The translations under genes were made by a program, and so were the position numbers. Shown piece by piece: positions 40,700 through 50,160 of a stretch of 53,397 bases of DNA. The notes beneath the pieces were generated by a model, which ran no database searches, was not told the origin of the DNA, and saw only the letters and a list, made by a program, of their open reading frames with translations. The DNA comes from Planctomycetota bacterium (GTDB taxonomy: Bacteria > Planctomycetota > Planctomycetia > Pirellulales > Lacipirellulaceae), in NCBI GenBank assembly GCA_039190745.1, contig JBCCXZ010000021.1, positions 1 to 53,397 of the forward strand, in the 5' to 3' direction. Positions within the stretch are counted from its first letter, which is position 1. The number at the start of each line of letters is the position of its first letter.

Positions 40700-41746
40700 T
40701 TACGCGAATCGGTCGATCATCGTCATCCCCGTCGGCGAACCTTCCGAGAGCCCGATGAGCTCTGCCGGAGCATCCGCGAGGGCAATCCTACGCCGGATCA
40801 AGCGGCTCGGTGCGACACGCCCCGATTGGACCAACTCCAGCAGCTCCCGGAAGTAGGAAGCTTGCAGCCCGTGGCTGCCCACGATCTCCAACTCCCGAGC
40901 TACTACCAAGTCCATCGGCAGCGGGGTCTCGGCGTCTTCACCAACGAGCAGCCCCACCTGAACGTGCCGACCACGCTTGGCGAGGCAACGCACCGAGTTC
41001 ATGGCAATCTCAGGCCTCCCTAAAGCGTCGATCGAAACCACAGCGCCACGGCCCGTGATCTCACGGATCGCCTCGGGCACATCACTCGTCTGCGATGCAT
41101 CAACAACGTGCTCCGCCCCAAATTCGCTGGCAAGACGCAGCGCTTCTCCGGTCACGTCGACCCCAATCGGCCGGCCACCCAGGGCCCGGGCAATCATGAT
41201 CGCCGACAGGCCCACCCCACCGCAGCCGTGCACCGCGATCCAGTCGCCCTCGGCGAGTCGGCCTTGCAGGGCGACCGCGCGGTAGGCGGTGCTGAACCGG
41301 CAGCCGAGCGCCGCGGCCGTTTCGAAAGCGACATCCTCTGGCAAAGCAACGAGGTTTCCGTCAGCGAACCGCACTGCGACCCGCTCTGCGAACGATCCCC
41401 ACCCGCTGAAGCCCGGCTGGTATTGGCGGTCGCACACCTGCGGATTCCCGTCGCGGCACTCGGGGCACGCGCCGCAGCCGGCCACAAACGGGATCGTCAC
41501 CCGGTCGCCAACACGCCAGCCGCGAACGGTCGCTCCAACCTCGGTTACCACCCCGGCAAACTCGTGGCCCGGCACGTGCGGCAGTTCGCGGATATCAGGG
41601 TCGTGCCCCTGCCAGCCGTGCCAGTCGCTCCGGCAGAGCCCGGTCGCCCGCACCTCGATCACCGCCCCGTCTGGCGTCGGCGTCGGTTCTTGGACGTTCT
41701 CCACCCGGGGAGTCGATCCGAACCGGTCGTAGAGCACTGCACGCAC
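40700..41746 (-). CDS. Zinc-dependent alcohol dehydrogenase family protein
   Basis: GLCRSD, PGHEFAG, CGACPEC..C structural Zn site, HGCGGVG Rossmann motif. Confidence 0.92.
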   Translation of the reverse strand: MRAVLYDRFGSTPRVENVQEPTPTPDGAVIEVRATGLCRSDWHGWQGHDPDIRELPHVPGHEFAGVVTEVGATVRGWRVGDRVTIPFVAGCGACPECRDGNPQVCDRQYQPGFSGWGSFAERVAVRFADGNLVALPEDVAFETAAALGCRFSTAYRAVALQGRLAEGDWIAVHGCGGVGLSAIMIARALGGRPIGVDVTGEALRLASEFGAEHVVDASQTSDVPEAIREITGRGAVVSIDALGRPEIAMNSVRCLAKRGRHVQVGLLVGEDAETPLPMDLVVARELEIVGSHGLQASYFRELLELVQSGRVAPSRLIRRRIALADAPAELIGLSEGSPTGMTMIDRFA

Positions 41747-41896
41747 GGCTAGGCCTGGCTTGTGGGAATGGCGGAAGTTCTTTTCGGCGGCATTCTATCC
41801 GATCCCGCTGCCAATTCGCGGCCGAGCGACTTGGTCCGCCCCCGGCGGTCGATTATGCTCCTCTCGCTACTTGCCCGGAAGCCTGGAGGAGACATC

Positions 41897-43168
41897 GTGA
41901 CCCACGCCGCCAACCGCCCGTATTGGTCCAATCTGCTGTTCGCCTCAGCGTGCCTGCTACCGAATGCCCTCGCGCAGGCTCAGCCGCAGATCGACCCCGA
42001 CGAAGCACGACCGCGCGTCATGTGGCAGGACGCCAACAGCGTCCGCGGCAAGGTCGCCTTCGTTTTCGGCAAAGTCATCAATGTCAGCGGCACCGACAAC
42101 ATCGCCTTTGTCAACTTCGACCAAGGACGGCCGGGAGAATTCACGGTCGTGATTTTCAGAGACCACTGGGACAAGTTCCCGCAGCCCATCAAGGACATGT
42201 ACGAGGGCAAGCTCGTGCAGGTCCGCGGCCGCGTCGCAGCGTACCGCGACAAGCCGCAGATCGCGGTGACCAGCCCGGACCAGATCAAGGTCCTCGAGGC
42301 CTTGCCCAAGATGTCGCCGGTTGTGGAAGCCGCCGCATCGGGGCCCAGCGACGAACTGGTGGTCGCTTCGTTCAACATCCTGAACCTCTTCGACGCGGTC
42401 GACGACGCCTACCACGGCGACGAGGGCACCGGGCCGAAGCCGCGGGCCGAGCTGGAGGCGATCGCCGCCGAAATCCTGGCCCTCGATGCCGATGTCATCG
42501 CCCTGCAGGAGGTCGAGAACCGCGGCTATCTAGAGCGTTTCGTTGAAGTCTTCCTCCCCGAAGCGGGCTACGACCACATTGTCCACTTCGAGGGCAACGA
42601 CGGCCGCGGCATCGATGTCTGTCTCATCAGCCGCGTCCCGGTGGGCGAGGTGCGGTCGCACCGTCACCTGAGGTTTCCCGACGCCGACGGCCGCGAGCGG
42701 CGGTTCAATCGCGACCTGCTGGCGGTGGAGATCGTGCCGCCGGGAGCCGAGCCCTTCGAGGTCTGGGTCGTGCACCTGAAGAGCAACTCCGGCGGCAGAG
42801 AGTACGCCGAGCCGATCCGCCTCGCCGAAGCCGCCAAGGTGCGTGAGCTGCTCGACGAGGCGCTCGCCGAGGACCCCGACGCGCGGATCATCCTAACCGG
42901 CGACTTCAACGACACCTGGGAAACGCCCACGCTCCAAACCATCGTTGGCAGCGGCCCAGCCAAGCTCTGGTCGGCCGCCTCCGACGCGGGCGACGCCGAG
43001 CCGATCACGTACAACCAAGGCCGTTACCAGAGCATGATCGACTTTATGCTCTGCTCGCCAGCGATGGCCGCGCGGTACGTCGACGGCTCGTTCCGGGTCC
43101 GAAACGGCTCGCCTGAAACAACAGGCTCGGACCACAACCCCGTGATCGCCAATTTCCGCGTCCGCTAG
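41897..43168 (+). CDS. Exported endonuclease/exonuclease/phosphatase (EEP) protein with N-terminal OB-fold-like domain
   Basis: GGAGG RBS then GTG 41897; signal peptide ending ALA/AQA; ASFNILN, LQEVEN, HLKS, GDFND, IDFML, SDHNPV. N-terminal GKLVQVRGRV..Y..KPQI OB-like segment. Confidence 0.88.
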   Translation: MTHAANRPYWSNLLFASACLLPNALAQAQPQIDPDEARPRVMWQDANSVRGKVAFVFGKVINVSGTDNIAFVNFDQGRPGEFTVVIFRDHWDKFPQPIKDMYEGKLVQVRGRVAAYRDKPQIAVTSPDQIKVLEALPKMSPVVEAAASGPSDELVVASFNILNLFDAVDDAYHGDEGTGPKPRAELEAIAAEILALDADVIALQEVENRGYLERFVEVFLPEAGYDHIVHFEGNDGRGIDVCLISRVPVGEVRSHRHLRFPDADGRERRFNRDLLAVEIVPPGAEPFEVWVVHLKSNSGGREYAEPIRLAEAAKVRELLDEALAEDPDARIILTGDFNDTWETPTLQTIVGSGPAKLWSAASDAGDAEPITYNQGRYQSMIDFMLCSPAMAARYVDGSFRVRNGSPETTGSDHNPVIANFRVR

Positions 43169-44127
43169 ACGGAAGCCTGCTTCAAGACCGCCGCGGTGAA
43201 GTTGGAGCCCGTCGTCTCGGCCTCCCAGGTCCAAGCGTCGCCGTAGCGGCGTTCGTAGTCCCGCCACAGCTCAAACCAGTACGCTATAAACTGGAAAGGC
43301 GCGTAGCGCTCGTACCTCGCGAGAATCAGCGGGTCGAGTTCCTTGTCGTTCTTGGGACGCGTGACGCCGGTGACGTGGCAAAAGTGCCGGTACGTTTCCG
43401 TGTCGATCGGTACGTGGTCGTAGTGGCCCAAGAGCTGTAGCATGTTTGCCGCCGCATACGGTCCGAAGCCCTCCAGCCTCAGCAGCGCCTCGCGTAGCTC
43501 TTCGGTCGTCCGGTCGGTCGATTCGTACCACACGGGGTCGATCTCGCCGTCGCAGAACGCCCGGGCAAGCCGCACGATCCGCGCCGCACGGTAGCCCACT
43601 TTGCAGCGGGCCTTAAGCTTAGAAGGCGTCAGCGGCGCCAGAAGCTCCGGCGAGGGGAACGCCCCTTTGCCGACGCGGTCCACCAGCAACTGGTTCATCC
43701 GGATCGTATTCCGCCAGGTGACGTTGCACCCGGTGATCGTTTTCACCATGTCCTCGAACAACGACGGCGAGCGGAACATCCTCAGGAATCCCCGCCGACG
43801 CGCCCCCGCGTGCCGGCGACCCCAAGCCGCAAGGTCTTCGTCGAGCCGCAGCATCCGCCGGAAGGCCGCTTTAATCGCCGCCTGACCCGCCCGGTCGACA
43901 CGGCGATCGCAGGCCAACCGGAGCGGCTCACCAACTCCCCCAGGCTGCGTCGCATCGACCCTCACGACCTGATCATGCGGACGCCCGAGCCGTAGGATCC
44001 GCCAAAACCGTTCGGGCTTAGGTTCCCACCGGTTTGGCGCCAGGATGTAATAGCCGTAGGAGCAAACGGCTCGCTTCAGGTCCAGGTCGGACGGCACGCG
44101 GAACGTGAGTATCGAATTGGCGGGCAA
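43165..44127 (-). CDS. HhH-GPD superfamily DNA glycosylase (AlkA/OGG-like)
   Basis: FEDMVKTI, FPSPE, VGYRA, HhH LEGFGPYAA, catalytic-type Asp in PIDT. Confidence 0.85.
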   Translation of the reverse strand: MPANSILTFRVPSDLDLKRAVCSYGYYILAPNRWEPKPERFWRILRLGRPHDQVVRVDATQPGGVGEPLRLACDRRVDRAGQAAIKAAFRRMLRLDEDLAAWGRRHAGARRRGFLRMFRSPSLFEDMVKTITGCNVTWRNTIRMNQLLVDRVGKGAFPSPELLAPLTPSKLKARCKVGYRAARIVRLARAFCDGEIDPVWYESTDRTTEELREALLRLEGFGPYAAANMLQLLGHYDHVPIDTETYRHFCHVTGVTRPKNDKELDPLILARYERYAPFQFIAYWFELWRDYERRYGDAWTWEAETTGSNFTAAVLKQASV

Positions 44128-44157
44128 GAGTGTGGCCGGGGTGGGAGACTGGAAGCG

Positions 44158-44286
44158 GTGAGCTGTTTAGAGGACAAACCATACAAATGGGACCGCCCTG
44201 GCAAATACCGGTGCAAAGACTGCAAGGCTACCGCGGACAAGAAGGGGAAGCTATGCAAGCCCAAGAAAGTGAAGCCCGCCAAGTGA
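44158..44286 (+). CDS. 42-aa Cys/Lys-rich small protein (putative Zn-binding), below ORF-track cutoff
   Basis: GTG 44158..TGA 44286 translates to MSCLEDKPYKWDRPGKYRCKDCKATADKKGKLCKPKKVKPAK (C..CxxC..C). GGGAG/GGAAG upstream. Codons mostly end in G/C. Confidence 0.7.
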   Translation: MSCLEDKPYKWDRPGKYRCKDCKATADKKGKLCKPKKVKPAK

Positions 44287-44386
44287 CGCCGGGGCGAAGA
44301 GAGTATGAAAAGCTGCCGGCGTGTATCAAAAAAAACGTCTCCGGCCCAAAGGACCGGAGACGCTGCAGGCTGTCTAAACCGCATTG

Positions 44387-45178
44387 CTAGACGCGCGAAC
44401 GCCGACAGACGCCGGCGAAGACGCCCAAGGCCAGCAACGAGAACGTCCCAGGCTCAGGCGTCGGGTACTCAAGGACCACAATCCCTTCTTCAATGATTGT
44501 GTTCCCGGCGTTGTCGACGCCGTCGCCCCAGATCTCGTTGTCGGGGGTGCCGACCCACAGCAACGCCTTGTGGATGTCGAGCGTCTCGCCCGGGAAGATC
44601 GGCGGGAACTTCTCCCAGATCTTCGTCGGGTCCGGGCCCCCGGGGTGCGGAATCGGCTGCGAGTCCCACGGCTGGCCGTTGCGGGTAATCAGCGTCTGCC
44701 CTGCCGGGAAGAGACCGTCAAAACCGGGTTCTCCGGCGAGCACGCGGGGGTCGTCCGGCCGCACCCACTCCCACCCGGGTGTGAGAATCTCCTCATGCCA
44801 GTCGCTCACCGGCCCGCTGCTCGGTGGCCCTCCAGGGGTGCCGGGCACTAGGTGGAAGTCTTCCCAAACCGGGAACGGGAGTGGCTGCGCAGGGTCGAGC
44901 ACAATCGGAGAGGTCCCGCCCGTTGGATCCGGCCTGTACGGCGCCGGGAAGAATTTCGTCATCGGCGGGAGGAACGGCGAGAAGATGAGGTCCGCCTCAA
45001 AATTGTACGTCAGCAAGTCTGGATCAAAATCGACCGGGTACTGAACCAAGGGCGGCAAGATGGCCGTGTTTGGCCCAGATGAAATCTGTGGGATCTGGGC
45101 GACGGCGGTTCCAGACCACACAGCCGTCAGGAAGAGCCCGGAAAACACAACGAGGCAACGGTAGCGCATAGAGTGCAT
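44387..45178 (-). CDS. PEP-CTERM sorting domain surface protein, Pro-rich
   Basis: GGAGAA RBS then ATG 45178; signal peptide ending AVA; C-terminus TPEPGTFSLLALGVFAGVCRRSRV (PEP, TM, basic tail). Confidence 0.9.
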   Translation of the reverse strand: MHSMRYRCLVVFSGLFLTAVWSGTAVAQIPQISSGPNTAILPPLVQYPVDFDPDLLTYNFEADLIFSPFLPPMTKFFPAPYRPDPTGGTSPIVLDPAQPLPFPVWEDFHLVPGTPGGPPSSGPVSDWHEEILTPGWEWVRPDDPRVLAGEPGFDGLFPAGQTLITRNGQPWDSQPIPHPGGPDPTKIWEKFPPIFPGETLDIHKALLWVGTPDNEIWGDGVDNAGNTIIEEGIVVLEYPTPEPGTFSLLALGVFAGVCRRSRV

Positions 45179-45711
45179 TAGTTTCTCCAGTTGAATCTCA
45201 GCCAGAAGGAATTCTTTAGGAAGTAAATCCAAGGAACCGATCGGGAATAAGAACGGCCCGCCGGTGCGTAACGTCCCTATCCGTCAGTGCCTCATCGCTG
45301 TCCGGAGTCCAATGCGTAAGCGTCGAAAAGCCACGCATTGAGAGCCAATTCGCGAGAAAACCACGCCGAGCAAAATGTTGCGGCGTCGATTGCAGCGAGT
45401 TGGTTTCTGAGCACCCTGCCGATGCTCAGGACCGAGTCTTGAAGAGTTCGGGCATTAGCGGTCCCCCCCCGATGGACGCACCAAATCGGCTCGCTGAGAC
45501 CAGAGTCGGGCTAGGAAGGCGAGCGAGCTGAGCAAGCAACCCAACTTTCGCGATCCTACGCCCAAATGCGGACGCCCGCAATAAGATTCTTCGAATAAAT
45601 CTAGCCGCCGTTTTGATGAGGGCACTGCTCGTCAAACGCCGCCCAGATCACTATCGCAACTAGATATGCGGCCAGCGTGGAATCTATTCAAAGGTCATTG
45701 ACCAGAACGAC

Positions 45712-46359
45712 TTAGATCGTCGGCTCGCTCTCTTCAGCGGCCTTGGGCTTCGGGGCTTGGCCGCCGGGGGCGAACAAGAGACCGCCGCTGGAGAATGTCG
45801 TCCCCGTGTTCTCACGAAGCGTTTCGACCTGCGAGAGGCCGCTCGCCAGATCGTCTTCGGTCAGGCTCGAAAGCGGGTGGATGAACGCTGACCAAAGCAC
45901 GCCCTTGTGCAAGGCGTAACGGGCGTCGAGTGCCCGATCGTAGTTGGCGTGCATCGCCAACAGCACAAGTTTCAGGTCTTCCTCGCTCTCGAGATCGATC
46001 TCCATCACCGGCGCCATCACCCGCATCCGATTCGCCCGGCGATCAGTCATGACGAGCAGCACCCGTTCCGCCTGCTCTTCCTCGCCGGCTTCCTCGGCTC
46101 CCTGCTCAGTTTGCTTCTCTTCTGGCCCTTCGGCCGCAGGAGCCCGCAGGGTAATCACCCATGTACCCGGCCGCGTTGCAGCAACCTTCTGGTCGCCGAA
46201 CGCCTCGATCAGCAACTCGCCCAGACGCTCAATGGTCATCCCTTCGCTGTCAGCCGCTCGGGATACGCGGATTCCATGCGGTTCGTTTTCGGAACGGCCA
46301 ACTGCCCAGCTCAACAAACACAGAACGACCAGAGAGACTGCAAAGCCGGTGCGGAGCAT
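45712..46359 (-). CDS. Secreted protein with YbjN/type III secretion chaperone-like domain
   Basis: Signal-like N-terminus; conserved-looking core DRRANRMRVMAPV...ANYDRALDARYAL..GVLWSAFIHPLSSL...GTTFSSG. Family assigned from recall. Confidence 0.6.
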   Translation of the reverse strand: MLRTGFAVSLVVLCLLSWAVGRSENEPHGIRVSRAADSEGMTIERLGELLIEAFGDQKVAATRPGTWVITLRAPAAEGPEEKQTEQGAEEAGEEEQAERVLLVMTDRRANRMRVMAPVMEIDLESEEDLKLVLLAMHANYDRALDARYALHKGVLWSAFIHPLSSLTEDDLASGLSQVETLRENTGTTFSSGGLLFAPGGQAPKPKAAEESEPTI

Positions 46360-46528
46360 GGCGGTGGCCGATCAGGGAGCGTGCGGCGGGCTATCCGATG
46401 CCCCGGATTGTAACAGGTCCTCGGTAAGGGCCCTAAATTCCCGCCATGCACGCATCTGGCGGTTTGGAGATGCCTCACGGGGGCATAAATCAGGCAAACT
46501 GCGGCCAGGGGGACGATAGCCGCAATCC

Positions 46529-46558
46529 TTGACACTGCGAAACGGCCCTGAATACCAT
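46529..46558 (+). promoter_or_regulatory. Possible sigma70-type promoter of the ExbBD locus
   Basis: Perfect TTGACA (46529-34), 18-nt spacer, TACCAT (46553-58), about 150 nt before the first gene. Confidence 0.4.
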
Positions 46559-46708
46559 TCCACGTAACCCGTTTCGGCTAGCGAAGCTGCATCGGCTCGA
46601 GGCCCCGCGGGTTCTCGGCCCCTTCGCCCCTGCTGCCCCAAGCATGCAGCGCACGACCGCCCGGAACGATCACGGAACAATAACCTCTACCGCTGCGCTT
46701 GCTCAACA

Positions 46709-48337
46709 GTGCTTGGTCACGAACGCTTACGTACTAATCTCGGCCGGGCTTCTGTCATTGCGGCGGCTCTCTGGGGGCTTTCCATTGGCAGCCCAAGGGC
46801 CATTGCGCTTACTCCTGAAAGCCCTGAGGTCCGCAAGCTGATCGGCGAAGGTCTTAAGGTGCTTGAGACCGCCGACGACGAACGCCTCGGCGCTAAGTGC
46901 TTGGTCGCGCTGGCATTCCTTAAGACGGGCGCATCGTCCGACCACCCCAAGGTCCAAGAAGCCCTCGAAGCCTGCCGGACGACCAGCGCGTCTGCAATCG
47001 CAAACAAGAACAACGGCGTCTACAGCAACGGCTTGGCGATCATTTTCCTGGTCGAACTCAACCCCGCCGGCAACCGCGACCTCATTGCCCGCTTCGCGGG
47101 CGTGATGGAGCAACGGCAGAAAGACCATGGCGGCTTTGGTTACAAGACTCAGGTGACCGGCGACACCTCGCAGACGCAGTACGCTGCACTCAGCTACTGG
47201 GAGTTGCTCCGCGCGGGCATGCCCCCCAAGGTCGAATCTGTTGACCGGTGCCTGACGTGGCTCTTGCGGACCCAAGACCCGAACGGCTGCTGGGGGTACC
47301 AAGGAAAACTCGGTGAGCTCGGCTCACCCGTCGAGCAGCGTAGGACCTCCGTATCGATGCTCGCCGCCGGAATGGGGGGCTTGCTGATCTGCGGCAACAT
47401 CCTGGGATCGGTAGGTTCGTCGCAGGCCGGCGTCGAAGAAACCCAACAGTCCGACTTGCCCGCTTCGCTGCGTCGCGCCGACGAAGACGACCGGAAAGCC
47501 CGCAAGATGACTATTGCAGGAACAAAGGTCGACCCCGCTCTAGTGCGGGAAAGCATCGCACGCGGTCAGGCATGGATGGACAAGAACTTCAGCATCAAGT
47601 GGACAGGCTACCCGACTTACTACCTGTACTCGCTTGAGAGGTACAAGAGTTTCGAGGAAGTCTTGAACGGCGAGGTCATAGAAGGCCCGGAGTGGTACAA
47701 CCAAGGCGTGGCCGAACTGCAGAAACTGCAAAACGAGTCCGGCGGCTGGAACGACCAGTCGAACGAAGCCAGTGCGACCGCGTTCGCGGTGTTGTTTTTG
47801 GTCCGCTCGACTCAGAAGAGCATCAAGGCCAGCCTCGGCGAGGGGACGCTCGTAGGCGGCCGCGGCCTGTCGGCCAACCTCGCCAACATGAAGATGCAAC
47901 GCGGCCGGCTCGTAGCGGTTGTGCCCCAGAACACCGAGGTCGACCAGCTCCTCAATATGCTAGAAGACTCCGAGGGCGACAACCTCGAAGCCCTCTTGGA
48001 GAGCCCGGCGGCTCTCGCGGTCGAAGACGTGAAGCCCGAAGAATCTCGCCGGCTGCAGCAGATCGTACGAAGCGGCAATCCCGAAGCGCGCGTCCTTGCC
48101 GTGCGGGCGTTGGCACGCACGCGCAAGATCGACTTCGTGCCCACGCTGCTCTACGCGATGACCGACCCCGACCGCCGAGTTGTCCGCGAAGCCCGCGACG
48201 GTCTCCGATTCATCAGCCGACGGTTCGAGGGCTACGGCCTCTCCGACAACTACACCGACTCCGAGCGTTACGAGGCGCTCGACCGCTGGAAGCAGTGGTA
48301 CGCCACCCTGCGACCGGACGCTCCGCCGCCGTTCTAG
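46709..48337 (+). CDS. Exported prenyltransferase/squalene-oxidase-repeat (alpha/alpha barrel) protein with C-terminal HEAT repeats
   Basis: Signal peptide ending AIA; QW-like repeats QKDHGGFGY, QDPNGCWGY, QNESGGW; YYLYSLER; HEAT-like ARVLAVRALAR, DPDRRVVREARDGLRF. Confidence 0.75.
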   Translation: MLGHERLRTNLGRASVIAAALWGLSIGSPRAIALTPESPEVRKLIGEGLKVLETADDERLGAKCLVALAFLKTGASSDHPKVQEALEACRTTSASAIANKNNGVYSNGLAIIFLVELNPAGNRDLIARFAGVMEQRQKDHGGFGYKTQVTGDTSQTQYAALSYWELLRAGMPPKVESVDRCLTWLLRTQDPNGCWGYQGKLGELGSPVEQRRTSVSMLAAGMGGLLICGNILGSVGSSQAGVEETQQSDLPASLRRADEDDRKARKMTIAGTKVDPALVRESIARGQAWMDKNFSIKWTGYPTYYLYSLERYKSFEEVLNGEVIEGPEWYNQGVAELQKLQNESGGWNDQSNEASATAFAVLFLVRSTQKSIKASLGEGTLVGGRGLSANLANMKMQRGRLVAVVPQNTEVDQLLNMLEDSEGDNLEALLESPAALAVEDVKPEESRRLQQIVRSGNPEARVLAVRALARTRKIDFVPTLLYAMTDPDRRVVREARDGLRFISRRFEGYGLSDNYTDSERYEALDRWKQWYATLRPDAPPPF

Positions 48338-48374
48338 CCCGCCTCGTTCCCCGCCTACCGAGGCCCGGCAAAGC

Positions 48375-49235
48375 ATGCCTTCCACCACCAACCCGCGATC
48401 GGCCCGCTACCAACTGCAGGTGAACGCCTACGACCGTACGGCGACGCTTGTCGTAGCGTTGCTGGTGATGGTGGGCCTAACCGTGTTCGGCCTCAGCGTC
48501 ATCTTCTTCACGAACCGGGTGATCACCGTGGTCGAGCCGATCCCCGTGGTGCCCGTCGAGGCGACCAGCGCGAACCCGAACCAGGGCCTCGCCGCAGAGC
48601 CCGACCCGCCGGGGATCGAAGACGCACCCGACCTGAGCGAGCCTTCCCTCCAGGATACGCTTGACGTCCTGATGGATCAGAGCCTTAACGAAGCCCTCTT
48701 CTCCGACGACGCGGTCGACGCACTGAAGGACGCCGGGAAAGGCAAGGGCCTCGGCGACGCCCGGATGGCCGGCGAGGGCGGCGACGGAGTCGTCGAACGC
48801 GTCCCCCGCTGGCAGAGGTGGTCCATCCGCTTCGAGCCCGAATCGGTCACCGATTTCGCGGCTTGGCTCGACCACAACAAAATCGAGATCGGCGTCCTCG
48901 GACGGGACAACCTGGTCCACTACGCCTACGATTTTTCGAAGGGCGCCCCCAAGAACCGCTCGGGGGACCCCAAAGAAGACACCCGCGGGTACACCTCCGC
49001 CGCCGATGGCCCGATGCCCACACTCACCAACGTCCTCGCCAGAAAAGCGGACATCACCAAACACGGCGCGATTGTCCTGCTATTCTATCCATTCGATGTC
49101 GAGAGCATCCTCTGGACCATCGAGCAGAAGCACGCCGACGGCCGAGACGTCAACTCCATCCGCCAGACCGTTTTCACCGTCGAACGCGAAGGCGCGGGCT
49201 ACCAATTCAAGGTGTTGTCTCAGAAGTATTTCTGA
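48375..49235 (+). CDS. Single-TM hypothetical protein with Pro/acidic linker (TonB-like topology)
   Basis: Start ATG 48375 (MPSTTNP); TM ATLVVALLVMVGLTVFGLSVIFF; EPIPVVP...EPDPP linker; Gly-rich GKGKGLGD..GEGGDG; globular C-terminal domain. Confidence 0.75.
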   Translation: MPSTTNPRSARYQLQVNAYDRTATLVVALLVMVGLTVFGLSVIFFTNRVITVVEPIPVVPVEATSANPNQGLAAEPDPPGIEDAPDLSEPSLQDTLDVLMDQSLNEALFSDDAVDALKDAGKGKGLGDARMAGEGGDGVVERVPRWQRWSIRFEPESVTDFAAWLDHNKIEIGVLGRDNLVHYAYDFSKGAPKNRSGDPKEDTRGYTSAADGPMPTLTNVLARKADITKHGAIVLLFYPFDVESILWTIEQKHADGRDVNSIRQTVFTVEREGAGYQFKVLSQKYF

Positions 49236-49297
49236 GCCCGCCTCCGAAACCAACCAACCGCCGGAACCGAACCCCAGAGCGACCCCCCGGGAACCCA

Positions 49298-49933
49298 ATG
49301 GAAGCACTGTTCACACTCATAGGCTACGTCGTCTACGGCGTCTTGGCCGCACTCGCGCTGTGGGGCGCGTTCTGCGTCATCATGGTCTGGCGCCGCGTCG
49401 GGCAGACGCGCTTCGTCGACGAGGAAGACCAAGAAGAGTTCCTCGGCGAGTTGGAGCAAGCGCTCGCCGCCAAGAACTACGACGCCGCGATGGAGCTCTG
49501 CGAAGGCGACCGCCGAGCCATGCCGCAGCTCGCCCTCTATGCGATCAACAACCGCCAACTCGGTTACGCCAAGCTCCGCCGCCGCGTCTCGGAGCGTTTC
49601 CAGCAGGACGTGATGTCCGACATCGACCACCGCCTCAGCTGGGTCTCCACCGTCATCAAGAGCGCCCCGATGATCGGCCTCTTGGGCACGGTCATGGGCA
49701 TGATGGGCGCCTTCGCCAACCTCTCCAGCGGAGAGAAGGTCGACACCATTGCCATGGCCAAAGACATCCAGTTCGCGCTGATCACCACCGCCTGCGGGCT
49801 GGCCATCGCCGTCCCTCTGGTGCTGTGCACCGCGAGCGTCAACGTCCGCCTCCGCAAGATGGAAGACCTCATCGGCGCGGGCCTCGGCCGCCTCATGGAG
49901 AGCATGAAGGTGCTCCTGCCCTCCGGCGGTTAG
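49298..49933 (+). CDS. exbB: MotA/TolQ/ExbB proton channel family protein
   Basis: Start ATG 49298; three TMs; APMIGLLGTVMGMMGAF and ALITTACGLAIAVP motifs. Confidence 0.92.
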   Translation: MEALFTLIGYVVYGVLAALALWGAFCVIMVWRRVGQTRFVDEEDQEEFLGELEQALAAKNYDAAMELCEGDRRAMPQLALYAINNRQLGYAKLRRRVSERFQQDVMSDIDHRLSWVSTVIKSAPMIGLLGTVMGMMGAFANLSSGEKVDTIAMAKDIQFALITTACGLAIAVPLVLCTASVNVRLRKMEDLIGAGLGRLMESMKVLLPSGG

Positions 49934-49956
49934 GTATCGTTGAGTTTTTCGAAGGC

Positions 49957-50130
49957 GAAGGGGATTAAGGGGATGTTGGACATAGGGGGGATGAAAGGAA
50001 AGGATTGTGATTGTAAGGGGCCTCACTGAGACCGATAACGGTTCGGCTAGCAACGCCAAATCGGGCTCGGAGAGCTCTCCTACGAAAAGACCTCATCCCC
50101 CTTCATTCCCAACATCCCCCTATCTCCTTC
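49957..50130. repeat. Imperfect ~40-bp terminal inverted repeat element (REP/MITE-like) between exbB and exbD
   Basis: Left arm gaaggggattaaggggatgttggacataggggggatgaaagg (49957-49998) versus the reverse complement of 50091-50130, gaaggagatagggggatgttgggaatgaagggggatgagg. The region is less GC-rich than its flanks. Confidence 0.7.
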
Positions 50131-50160
50131 TAGTTCAAATATCGTAGCTGCAAGTCAACC

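Noticed and set aside
45426..45635. 69-aa minus-strand ORF in the long intergenic region
   Set aside because: TTG start, no clear RBS, atypical codon usage and no motif.
46709..48337. Squalene-hopene cyclase or terpene biosynthesis
   Set aside because: Only QW-like repeats are present, with no DxDD motif; it has a signal peptide and HEAT repeats and lies in an ExbBD context.
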